NCBI GenBank assembly: GCA_965235115.1
Contig: OZ249436.1
Coordinates: forward strand, 27,840,001-27,904,000
Length of the DNA stretch: 64,000 nucleotides
DNA from: Laetmonice hystrix
Taxonomy: Eukaryota
Reading direction: 5' to 3'
Within the stretch, counting starts at the first letter, position 1, and each line of letters begins with the position of its first letter. The notes under the pieces were generated by a model, which did not search any database, was not told where the DNA came from, and saw only the letters and a list, made by a program, of their open reading frames with translations. Positions 49,633-62,194 of the stretch are shown here, piece after piece. The position numbers and the translations under genes were made by a program.

Positions 49633-52500
49633 GTGGGTTCATTCCTCAATTAAACACTCTTTTATTAACTATTATACGGGGGTACCAACCAGTTGTGACT
49701 AGCTGGAATTACAGGAAAAAATCAATAGAACAGAACCAAGAAGCCATCGGATATTTAACCGAAAAGCTCTTGTAGGCCTACCCGCTGTTATTTCTCTAAA
49801 TTCTAAGGTGTTGTTTAATCATGAACCGTATTTTATTCCTTTCAAGTAAAAGGAGAGATTATTTTATTGGAGCAGTGCTGATAATCATATATTCTCCTCA
49901 GATGGATTACACCTATACCTGTACGATCTGTAGGTCACATGATTAAGAAAAAGTGGTACAGGAACGTTTGCATTTTCAGCAAATTGATCTCGGCCCTAAT
50001 TATAGTCTTTGAATACACAATAAGTTGAACGCCATTTGAGATGAGCGTTAAGGTATCAAGATACAATGTATTTAATAGCAGGCTTGCTATGCACGTGCAC
50101 CCAAACAGGCGTATCGATAATTTTAATGAAAGGAGTATTTGAATCTGCCAAACAACGGCATTGCAACAAGAAACGCGTAGTTTGTGAAGTGTTCATTAAT
50201 TCAAATAGTAGGGTCTTTTCACAAAGGTTCTAAATTAAAATCGTGCCTGTGCAATAAAAGATTGTGGGACTCAGAAAACAAAGCTAATTTCCGTTTTGGA
50301 TGTACCTTATATGGTAAAATGCGAGAATTTCGAAATTTGAGAGATCCTGTCTACAAAGATACATGTTTTAAGACAGCGAAGTTTTCATAATCGTAGTGTG
50401 TTTACATTGTAAGACTATACCATCGATTTTTACGGCGGCCACCCAGCACCAAGAACTGAGGCTTGTTGTCTAGGTGTGTGCTAATGGCATAGTGGTGTAG
50501 AAGCGGTTTGTCTTCACATTCTTCACGTCCAAGTAGTTCTATACCAGGGGCTACTCGTGTCACGGTAGACCCGATTCTGGCCTGAGTATGTCAACACAAC
50601 CCAAATAATGCGATATCCTAGATCACAAAACACAACGCGGGTAACATAATCAGGTTTTGTCAAATTCAATGGCACACTCAAATATCATTTAGTTGTAACC
50701 TTATTCACCATATTCACCGCGATGATGAAATTTGACCGAAATGCTTCGACAAGGGTGTGTTTCCTATACCAGAAAGCGAAGTCTGTCGTAGACAGTCGTG
50801 TGATTAATCATACTATGTTTACCATAATATTACATAGCCTGGGAAGTCTGACAATCCAGCGAATCGATTTAGGATGTCATAGAAACTTACTATTGATTCG
50901 GTCAGACGAAGTGGGATATTGTATCTCGTATCGCAATCCCAAGGCAATCCCAAGAGATCCCTGAGAGAACACTTTCGATACACAAAGTGATGTATTGCTG
51001 GCTTTATGCGCTATCAACAACTGCTGACCATCTTCAAGACCAGAACATTTTATTTCAATTTATTCAGTCCATTGGTGATCGTTCTCTGACATTGCTTAAG
51101 TGAGGTAATAGAGCCGAAGACACCTTGGTGTTGACAGGACTACGGTTGAATGACATTTTGCTCTGCCAGTAACGCAGGCTGAGGAAGCTCCATGGTTATT
51201 GTATCCACTGGAATGAATAGGTGAATTAAAACTAGAAACGTGGCAGACGTAGCATTATTATCTATTGAAGCAGTTCATGAATGCTATCGAAATGAATACG
51301 TGAATTAAAGCCAGGCAATTAGGTGAGTAGTTGCTCATCTTTCATTGATATTATTTCTCTAGGACATGTGACACCGTGTTCAGCGGAGAAAGAATGATCA
51401 TCATGATGTTTCAAATCTTTTGGTACTACAGATTTATAATAAAGGTCATTCAATAGCACATGAATAATTATCCCATCCCCTACGGAGGGGATGGGATTTA
51501 GAAATTGTGTGGTTTCGTCTTCTGTATTATTTTTGGCGTCGTAGTTGTAGTAGTAGTAGTAGTAGTAGTAGTAAACTTGTATGTCTATCTCAGTCAATTT
51601 TCAAAATATCGAAATGAAATTTGGCACACATCTTGACAATGACGAAGTATGGTCAGGCATCGAATCCTGACGTCATGTGACGTCACGTCATAACGTGATG
51701 ACGTCAAACGTATTATGAAAATTGAAGCCATTTTTAAGCTCATATTGGGAATTTTTTTAAAAACCCGTCATGGCCTCATAATCGGCCATAGGTGCTGCCT
51801 CAATTTGAGTCTTGATTTGACCTTTGACCTTTGACCTTAGGGTGAACTGGGTCATTGGTCACAAATCAGTTAAATTGCTTCTCCTTTTCTATTTTTTGGT
51901 AAAATTCGACAATATTCGGCAGAAACACTCTCTAACGAAAGGTTCACAATACGATTCCAAGGATTAGCGATTTGACCTATTTTTACCGAACCACGTGACT
52001 TTGAAGTTTGTCACTTTTGACATTTTTTTCTAAAACTGCTTTAGTCATATAGGAATCGTGTATTTGGTCAATAGATATGTGCTGCTATTGACGATTGATC
52101 ACTTTGCATATTTCTTTTCATAAATTTACCAATATCTTTTTTATTTATGATGAAATAATGTAATCTGACGTTGACAGGCTCTACCTTAAACCTGTTTAAG
52201 ATAGCCATATACAAATACAACAATTACAAAGTGTATAGATTCAGCTATACCACTGGCTGTTTAGTTCTTGTTTTGGAAAGGTAATATGGCCAGAATTGTA
52301 AGTTTTAATGGGTATAGTCTTCACAATAATATTTTTGCCGTCTGACTGTTGGCATCTCTGAATACACAGATCTCCCACTGTGATGCGGCCGCCGGTCCCT
52401 GGCCAGGCCGGGAGAGAGTTACGTAAGTGCTGGTGATAAGGGCCGGCCGGCCGGCCTACTCCCCCTCCCTCCCAGTGAGGGAGGAATATGATTGTGTATT

Positions 52501-52707
52501 CAGGTTCTATCCCCCATGATAACTTTCCACGAAATGTTTGGGCAGGGGTTAGGGTTAATATCAGGGATAGGGGTAGGGTAGGGATATGTTTTGGGGAGGT
52601 GTAGGAACTGGGGTTAGGGGTTAGGGGTTAGGGATAAGGTCAGGGCCATGAATCTTTCCTTTCCACCAAATTTCGTGGAGTTTAAGTTATCATGGGCGAT
52701 ATACCTG
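52501..52707. mobile_element. MITE with 4-bp TSD (TATT) and a telomere-like core
   Basis: ~40-bp imperfect TIRs CAGGTTCTATCCCCCATGATAACTT..CCACGAAAT / ATTTCGTGG..AAGTTATCATGGGCGATATACCTG, TATT on both sides, and interior GGGGTTAGGGGTTAGGG repeats. Confidence 0.75.
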
Positions 52708-52934
52708 TATTCAGAACTGACTTAGCTGTGCCTTTGAACTGTAGGTGTAACTGCCTAATGCATTTGTTTTTGAATCTTATGTAGGAGAGCTGAATAAAAC
52801 AATACTACTGATTGTTGGTTGTGGAGTTCAAGTGACACGACAAGCTTTTGGTCAGCTGCACTTGGTTTAGCCTGAGCCAACAGTCTGGTGTGGATGACAT
52901 TCGCACCTATTGGTAAAGTTTCATGATGTATGAC

Positions 52935-53469
52935 TACGTGTTGGCTAAATGGCGAGAGATAGAAGTGAACGAACGGTGTGCACAGTAGACAGGTATGCAG
53001 TCGTCCTGGCGAGCAGCACACACAATAGATGCAGCAATCACTTGAGCGGGTCTGCGGAAGGGAGAAGGGGAACGCTCTGTGAGAAATACTTAAGGACTGT
53101 TTATAGAAGAGGTACCTTCTCAGTCATATAACATGCCAGCCATAGGGCGGCAGCTCTCAATCAGAGGAGCCGGTCAGGGGGCGGTCAGTTAATTGGACGT
53201 GGGCCACCGGCCAATGACCAGTGACCATCCTTTAAACTGGGACTGGGGCCAAAACGGGAACGAGGGGATATATGAGAGCACCAAGAGAGAGAGAGAGAGA
53301 CTAGGGGAGAAGGAGCAGAGAAAGGACAGAGATATAGATTTGTCTATGAGGAACATATAGACACTGACTGCCTAGTGACATATTGGTCGAAGCGGGACAA
53401 CCGTGTGCCTCAGGAATAAAAGCTTCAAAACTCAAGCGACGACTCTACTACCAAGAAGAAATGTTAACA
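52935..53469 (+). mobile_element. Candidate LTR fragment nested in the HINE-like block
   Basis: TATA-like GATATAT (~53268), GA-rich stretch, AATAAA (~53415) and a ...TAACA end at 53469. The 5' boundary and TSD are not resolved. Confidence 0.3.
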
Positions 53470-56400
53470 AGGGTGAAGAGAAAATTAGCACTGTAATTAG
53501 ACACATTGAACTGTTATGTTATGAGGCTATCATTTTTGTATAATACTAAAATATATAGGAAAGCACTTTTCAGTGCACAAGTCAACTTGCCATGGGCAGA
53601 TGCGCCCAGAAAAAAATGAGTGCCGGGCGGTAGTTTTCCGCTAGCAGCGAAGGCGCAAGGTTTTCAGTTGGCAAGGGGTGCAGATGGGGAGATATTTTTT
53701 CAGATGATAGGCCTGATAAAAATTCCTGCCGGGCAGCACTTAAACCATTTTAGTTTTGTGCCAGGCGGCTAAAATCGGTGCCGGGTGGCGCCGCCCGGCG
53801 CCGCCCGGCGTGGGCACATCCCTCTATACCCCCACTCTTTCTTTTTGAAGAATTGACAAAAAATTATTGTTAGGCTAGCCACGGGTCCAGGATTTTCAGC
53901 AGAGGGGTCTCGGGAAATCTTAAAAAATTAAAAGCTCTTATAAAACGATTTTCCGCCTTTTAGGGCCATTTTAGGGCATTATATTTTGTGGATTCATCAC
54001 TCAACTAGTTGAAAATAGCCGGAATGCTTTGCACCTGTTCGTTCCGTGTTGAAGGGAAAAAGAATCTATGTTCTGGCGGAGAATGGGGTCTACCGACACG
54101 CGCCTTAAATACTTTGAGAAACTTTACATCTATCTCCAGAAATAGCGTTTTTTGACCTTCTAAATTCCAGCAAAGAACCTCGATACCTGGATCTGTGCAT
54201 GCCTGCGGGAGGAGCATGACGTTATGATGTTATCATTATTTCTTCAGCCTATAACTTGTAAACGGTGCAAGATGGAGCCATGGTTACTATTGAACAGGAA
54301 TAGGAAGTCATATACATTGTATGCTCTTTCAATTGACACCAAGATTTATGATGTAATGTATCATTATTATGTCATAATGATGCCATTGACATCTTCGAAG
54401 GTTTCTAAATCCTAAACCATTCAAGATAGAGCAATGGTTACCATTTAACCCTAATAGGAAGTCATATATGATCTTTCACTTGACATTTTTTTAGGTATTT
54501 TTCTCAGGGCTATAACTTGTAAATGGTAGAAGTTAGAGCTATAGTTACTATTAAACAGTAATAGGAAGTCATATAGCCTACATGCTCTTTCATTTGAGAC
54601 CAAGATTCATTACATAGTATGACGTGTCACCTCATAATTACATCATTGGCATCTTCTAAAGCTTATAGGTCATTAACTGTGCAAGATCGAGCCATAGTTT
54701 ACCCTACTCAAAACATGTCATATATCACGTGACTCCCCGGGGATGGGATCAATTGTGGTATCGCCACAACGTGTCTAGTCTTTATCTTTCTTGTTCGCGA
54801 GGATTTAAATTCATGGCAGCTGTCACCTTCATAGTTTGCACTGTTGAAGCTATTAAAAGCCCTTCTTCCTTGTTCTTTTCATTTGTTCAGTCCCATTGTG
54901 ATTGCGGGGGCTTACCTCAAAGTCGTCGTCATACAAATATACTCGTGCTAGAAAACACTCGTATTGTTGATAGGTGCATGCATCCATGCTCTCGCCTATT
55001 CTAATACATGATTGTGTCGGGAGCCTTCAGGTACAGACAGGGTCATATCATATGGCGCAATCTTGTGTCGCGAGTAATCGTAAAATGACGGAAATATTAC
55101 GGAGGCAATAACGATCTGCGGGAAACTATTGTACGACGCTTTTACTGGGTCACGTGGTGGATAATACCTATATGTAAGGAGAGCGCTTGGTGATTAGATA
55201 TTATAATTGGATATAATTCTCAATACTACTGTCCGTGTTCAATGTATATTTCTGTATCAAGCACCTTTTTCAGCGGCTACTGCCGAGTTGCAATTTCTGA
55301 ATAAATATGTTCACACACGCAAAAAAACCCTAATAGGTAAAGCAAATGTGATTTTTTAAGCGGCAGTTGAAAACTATCTACCGGTACAACCTAATTGATA
55401 TAAATTGATTCCAAGATTCCTGTCGGGCACAATATGTTTGTGAATTGAGAAAAATATTTGTTTGGTCTTGGTCTCAAAAGCTTGCCCGAATAAGCTTCAT
55501 GTGGCGCTTGATAACATGCACTGTAAGAGACTGTCCAACGGTGGTGTTTTATCTGTTTCCGAAACAACCCTGTCATACAAACTTGACGGCGGGATCTCCA
55601 ACATCGGAGAGACAGGCATCCAACAAGCCGCAGCCAACCTCAGTCCGGGTATAACATCCCTCCCTTACATGACTATTGGACAAGTTTCCAATTTTGAGAT
55701 TGATATGCTGAAGCCTTCTGGCATGATTACAGATTGCGTAGGGTCCAAAACATAAAATATTCATAGGAAATAGCACCGAGTTGATCGCTGGACTTTGAAG
55801 ACGCTGAAGTTACTTTTGATAGGTTATCCATCCTATACCGTGGATAAGTACTGATTGGTCATCGGTCATAATGGATGAAACTACGTCTGGCATCCTTCGC
55901 TCTTGTGCCGTGGCGGCATACATTTAATGCCATCTACAAATCAAATCAACCATATTTTAGGTGAAGAAAATATATGGATCCTATAAAGAAAGCACATTTG
56001 TAGCATACCGAAAAAATACATATAAGTCCATAAATATTTTGAGAAGTTGGATTATGAGGATAGGGCAGGGTTTAGATGACCTAACACTTTGAGATATCAC
56101 GCAACACTCGCTGGTATAATTTAGTGTCAGAAAACGACAAGTCGGTAAGCCCGGCATATATATCAACCAGGCGGCGCTCAAGGGAAAAAGACTGCCACAG
56201 TAATCTTTATACACACACAGATCTCTGACTCGCTGGAAAATATAGAGCACCTCCAAGGACACCTTAATCAGGGCATGGAGAGTAACGATCTGAGTAAAGT
56301 CTTAGGATTCTTGTCCACAGAACCGAGATGGAATCGGTGCGTCGAAAATGATTAGTCTTAACTTTAGGACATGGCCATGATCATCATGATGTTTCAAACC

Positions 56401-58503
56401 TTTTGGAACTACAGATTTATAATGAAGGTCATTCAATAACACATGAAGAACCTTTATCTTTCTGTGTCGGGTCTTCTACTGGTCTAGTTCGCGAGGAAAA
56501 AGAGAAATTATCTATGTGAAGTACACCCAGAAATGTCGGTATAGCACGTCACGCACCTTATGCACGGTCACCAAATTGAACCAATGCCATATATAAACTG
56601 CAGAGGCGTCTTTTCGCGTTCCGTATATATTTTTTTCAGGTTTCTTTAAGACAGATTGCCTGAGGACATTATAGTTAGTAGGTTGAAAGCCTTGTCAAGT
56701 GACAGAAAGGAAAGTCACGTATTAGTAGGCCCTAAATTCATTGCCGTTTTGTGTGTTTCGCATTTGCTTGTTTATATGTGACGCAGGAATCAAGACTGTG
56801 CTCCGAGGGTGACGGGTGCACCAAACATAGGCGATAACTCAAGGCAGGATTTACTTGGTATGGATATTTTTGAATGGTAAAATATGATAGGAGATGTACA
56901 CCGTCAGACATTCTGCTGTGATTCATATCGAATAATAATTCATTTTAGAGCAGATGGTTAAATCTCGCATGCAGAAAACATAGAAGCGTCGATAAGAATA
57001 TTTCTAAGTACATGTTGATGACAAATATCGTACGAAATCAGCATTACCTTAACGTACATAGTATTTCGCTATCATAGCATGCCATAATCATCTAGATATT
57101 TATCTTAATACAGTATTAGTTTATTAAAGTAATGATTAGTTCGCATTCCGTGAGTCTAAAATGAAAATGATTTCAATGTGTCCAGGACACACGTCATCAC
57201 AATGAGAAACTGTTGATCTAAGGCGTGCAGAATGTTTGGCTCATGGTGTGGTTCTATGCGTTTCGTAAGACGTAAACAAACTACAGCATAGTTTGCTGTC
57301 CTTAACAAAAGGTTCTTTTATAAAGCACGGTGCGCTGTATGCCAGAGAATACCTCTGCCCAGGCTCTCTATAATTCGACCCTTGGTTCGGCCTGTCACCG
57401 CAAGCCTTCAGGGATTTACAGGTCAGCCTTTCCCATCTTTCCTCGCAGCACGAGAAACGGCCATTGCTTAGACGTTAGAGGTATCACACTCTCATGGAAT
57501 GTCATCTAAAAACGTGTGGGTGTGCGATTGTGGGGTCCTGTCACTGCCTATTGCCGTGCATTATCTACATTACCTCATCACTGGCTGTCCCTGTGGGCCA
57601 TAGTACACTGATGTCTCTTTAGAAATCTTAGAAACCTTTCGGTCATGTGATATAGGGGGCGAGTAATTAACATAAAGGTTTGCAACTTTCGCCGATTATT
57701 CATACAGCAAGATAAGCAAAGGTTAAATGCATCCATGAATGCTGGCACTGTCGTTTATATATCCGATACTAAATGTAATGGCCATTGCTATAGAAGTTGT
57801 TATAGTTTTTATTCATCATGGAAGTTGTTTTCTGATTTCTAAAAGGTTTCCGATCCATATGGAAGGGGCACCAGGAAGCTGTTAGTGAAAGGCAAGGCCG
57901 GGACGTGCAGAGGCTGGTGCCTACATAGCGGTCATTGGTGAAATTGAATCATGCTTGTATGGCCATAACATCTTATTGGACCTCGTCATGATTGCCTTCA
58001 AGGTCACCAAGGGTCAACTGGACTTGGACCGCCTGGATAGAGGCCCACCCGTGCTGACAAAAGCCCGCTATAGAAACCAACCCATTTAGAATAGTTGTTA
58101 GTGCCTCAAATCGATTCCAGTGCAGATATATTAGTTTGCCAAAATCGATAATGCTCAGACGTAACGATATTTTTTGGTGTCAAAGTGGGATATGCTTTCC
58201 AGTTGCTGATCTCCGGCTCAGACGATGTCTACATTAATTTCAAAGGAGCTGGCTTCAAGTAGCCCACTTCCCGGAACTTTAATGAGCCTATTTTTTCAGG
58301 AGCAATCAGCCATCCCGAATATAAGGAACTGAGGAACGTCTGTGGAATAACGTTTAACATCCATACAGAAATCAAATAGGCCTCAATGATTTAACTGATG
58401 AATAGATTCTCAAAGAAATCGCATTAAATTTGTACTTGAATGCCGCAATGAGTTGTCATAATGGATTGTAAATACCTTTTACATTTTTTATCTATAATTA
58501 CAG

Positions 58504-58548
58504 GATGAGAAGAACCAAGTATTAGTAACGAACGTCTGGTTAGAACAT
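58504..58548 (+). CDS. nAChR subunit coding exon 3 (45-nt DEKNQ exon, loop D)
   Basis: TTACAG acceptor, DEKNQVLVTNVWLEH, GTAAGT donor. Phase 0 on both sides, in frame with its neighbours. Too short to appear in the ORF track. Confidence 0.95.
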
Positions 58549-58744
58549 GTAAGTATAAGACTCGATCATTTTCCTCAGCTAGGCTAATGTTCAAAAGTTG
58601 GACTAAAAATAGGAGCCCCCTCATATAACCTTGGTAATAAGCTACTGATATAGTAATGCCCGGATTCGGGAGGGGCCGGATCGGGAGAGTGGGGCAGACC
58701 TTGAATGGTGAGGGCTTAATACCCATACCGCCGTTACCTGTTTT

Positions 58745-58860
58745 GTTTATTAGCCCCCAACCCGAAGGGGCGGGTTTCTTTTATTTTGACTTCCGTCCGT
58801 GCCCGTCCGTACGTCCGTTCGTCTGTAGACAGCGATTTCTCCGAAGTGTATTGGTTACAT
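58745..58860 (+). mobile_element. 5' fragment of another HINE-like element
   Basis: T-rich start, short hairpin around CCCGAAGGG, then a (CGTC)n microsatellite, which is the typical HINE/DINE-1 5' layout. Confidence 0.45.
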
Positions 58861-60278
58861 TATCAAAATCCTGGCTCCCCCACTGACTGTATCCCAATAA
58901 TACATAGAAAGTATAGTTACGCCCATAGTTATACTACCTTCAGATAATTAGTGGCTACCCGGTTGGGGGATGAGAATCCGACGGGGCTTTGTTCTATCAA
59001 ATATTACTTTGTCTCGCTTTCCTCTTGCCCGCCGGGGGTATAGAGCACACCCAGTTGGACCTTTCAACTCGAATTTCATTGTACGTCGATACTACAGCAT
59101 TAAGATAAAAGAGTGGGGTTGGGTGACAAACACATTGCCAGTGGTCATTACTTGAAACTTAATGTACATGGTTGGGTCTGTTAAACTATTAAAATTTCAG
59201 ACGGGCCTGTGAAATATTATTCTGCTTCGATTTGAAAGTGAATGATGGCGATCGAAGTACACAAAGAAATGGAAGGAATGCTGGCATAAATAATCAACCC
59301 ATCTAAGGAAAATGATTAAAATGTCATCGGTATGTTGAGTATGAATTCTATCGTGATGAAAGGAACAGAATATTCTGATCGTACATTAAAAAGGGCAATC
59401 ATATTGAAATACTTCTCGGTGTGACAGCAACACAATCCCGCCAGGCCGTTTTACACTGAACACTGGTATTACAACATCTGAAATGGTTGGGATATGATTT
59501 GTTCGAATCTGGTTTCGGTTCCTACTTTCAATGTAAGATTTTCTGATATGCTATCACTTTAGAAGTATCGAATAGCTCGTTTACCGCTAAGGTTGTATAT
59601 AATGTCGTGTGGCGTTGGTAAATCTTTTATTAAACCCTTGCATTGTGAATTCTGTATGCGAGATCGAATACACGCACACCTCTTTCGATCTTATATGCCT
59701 TTGTATTGTAAGTTTAAAGTCAATGCAAGTTAGAAGCTGCATGGCCCTGAAGGGAAAGCGAGTTGTTTTGGTTTTAGTTTCCCGCAGTCTTCTGCAACGG
59801 GCAATTTGCATCGTTCTTCTCCACAAGATTCAGATTTAAAGTTGTTTATTGAACATATTTCACCAGGATATTCCGCTCGACTATATAGTGCCGTCACAAA
59901 TGCAGGATCCTGGGGTAGAGCCAACAGTCACACCACCAAACCTCAAGCATAGAATTAAATATACACATCACAGTATCAATATACATTACACAAAATATAC
60001 AATTTGCCCGCCATATATTCCACCCCCCCCCCCCCCCCCCACCTTCCTTTGCTTTATGAAATAAGTTTTGCTAATATAAGAAGACAATAGTACATGTATC
60101 CTACTGACAGGAGATCGTAGAAACCCGCATGATGTGTCAGTTCCCAGAGCATGTAACCTTTTCGTATTTACAATATGGGTGTACTCTTAAGTGCATCCGA
60201 TGACAGGATGGGCCATTACGATTTCCCGGTTACATCTATTCGTTAACCACACATTTCCTCCCTGTGAAATGGCTGCAG

Positions 60279-60388
60279 GAATGGCAAGACGAGCGTATTA
60301 AGTGGGACCCGAAGGACTATAGCCAACTGAAAGTCATCCGTATTCCGGCAAGGAAACTCTGGTTACCGGATATCGTATTATATAACAA
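60279..60388 (+). CDS. nAChR subunit coding exon 4 (110 nt, loop A WxPD motif)
   Basis: CTGCAG acceptor, EWQDERIKWDPKDYSQLKVIRIPARKLWLPDIVLYN(N), AA|GTAAGT donor in phase 2. Not in the ORF track. Confidence 0.95.
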
Positions 60389-62194
60389 GTAAGTTGTCTC
60401 AGACTCCTATCGTGATTCTTTCAAAAGTGTTTTCTTCGATGTTCAAGGTATTATCCGCAAAATGGACTCACCAGGTACGAATAAGAAATGTTCCTAATCA
60501 AATAATATCGTTGCATTATTATATACAATGTACATTAATTCGTCTTTTTTCCTCTCTGAGTGTTGGAACTTAATAATATTATTAACTCTATAGGTATCAT
60601 ATTACTTTTTTGTCCTTTTTTTTTGTCTCATTGATTGGTACCTGTTTAACCTATGACGGCGTGTAATTTCTTTCCATTTGATTTCCTTTTAATTTGACGA
60701 ATTTACAGTTATTCTTTGTGTATTATGGCCACACTCTATAGTCTGGAAATCTACGGGCATATTTTACTCTACCCATAGAGAAAGTGTGTAAAGGAAAATG
60801 TAGGCAAGTTATTAGGCGTAACTAAAACAGTCATAAGTTAAACAGACCACTGATTACGCATCTATTCATTTGAAACTCAAGATTTGCTGCTATGAAGAAT
60901 GTCTTATTTAACAAACAAACACAAAATTAGACGAGCCTGCTAGACCATCCACTGGCCACAAGTTTCATGATGCATAAGGGTTGCATACTATTGATTGTAC
61001 CATGACACCCACATGACATGGTGCGCCATTGCCATACGATACTTTGTTACTGTCGGGCGACATCAAACGGAACCCCTGCCGTTTGATTGTTCGCGGCACC
61101 AGGGGGCGCCACGTGTTACCGTAACCTTCGCAGCGCCCCCTATCATGACCTTGACCGAGACACGAAGTACCAGAATGTCGGAGATTGCTGTCGACCGGTT
61201 CGTTTGATTAGTTGTCATTTTTACTCGGTATTCTTCCGCAATGATTTCTGGGGCGGATGGACACGTGCCTACTGGCTGTGGTGAGGCATTTGAACCGATT
61301 CACACCGTTTTGCGGATCATTAAATTCGTTTCCAGTGAAATAATCAAAGGCGGTGCATGGTAGGCATTATTGTGTTCAATGAGAGATGAACCGATGATTT
61401 CAAGTGGTAGCCATTATTCCCGGAAAGGTTCCACTGCTTTCTTTTCAGTATGCAAAGATCAAGCCGTTGGTTGGCTGCAAATTATGGTGGTATCAAAGAT
61501 TGATTTAGATTCGTGAATTCTTAACATAAACACCGGCCTCATTCACAACTTCAAGAGATTTTTCATTTCGAGTAGTTAATAAACGGGCCACTGTCCACCA
61601 GAAAAAGAGGCAACGAAATATTTATTTTAAATGGAGATTGCCAGTAAGATTAAAAAAATTCTTAACTTACCCAAACAAACAGAGATTGCAGAGACAACAT
61701 CTCCTCAGGGTGGAGGCGAGGAGTGGTTGTGAGAATAACAATGAGAAGTTTCAATGACGTTTTTGTTATCACTACGCCTCATGCGTAAACTTGTAAACCA
61801 TAACCACACCGCCTGCGGTTAGGTTTTCATTTCAAGTTAACCAAGTTTGAAATATCCATATCCTCTGTACTGTTCAGGGCATTATGTGAGTCGTTGTAGT
61901 TTCTGTTTCATTTGTTAAGTCTTAGCGTTTGGCCTTTTAATGTTACTTAATGAACATGCATGTTCTGTGAAAAGGAAGGCCCTATTTAAAGGAGATACTG
62001 TTTTCTTTATCATTTACTGTTATAGGAAACCTAAGATGCATGGACATTACTGCCATATCATGGTGATAATTTTTAAAATGGAAAAAGGCAAGAACGACAG
62101 AAACAAAGACCCAATTCCGAGGGTAAACCATGGTATCTTCTCCCCAATTGTTTCAAATCTGTTGATAGTGTATAATTGTTTTTTTTTTCTCTAG

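Larger units (their letters stand above)
51468..54779 (+). mobile_element. Helentron-associated (HINE/DINE-1-like) element carrying nested insertions, in nAChR intron 2
   Basis: 5' hairpin ATCCCATCCCCT-ACGG-AGGGGATGGGAT, a (TAG)n microsatellite and repeated core blocks (GGTTACTATTGAACAGGAATAGGAAGTCATAT). The 3' end has GGGGATGGGAT (54739), the hairpin TTGTGG-TATCG-CCACAA and a CTAGT terminus. No TSD. An empty-site copy lies at 56377-56463. Confidence 0.65.
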
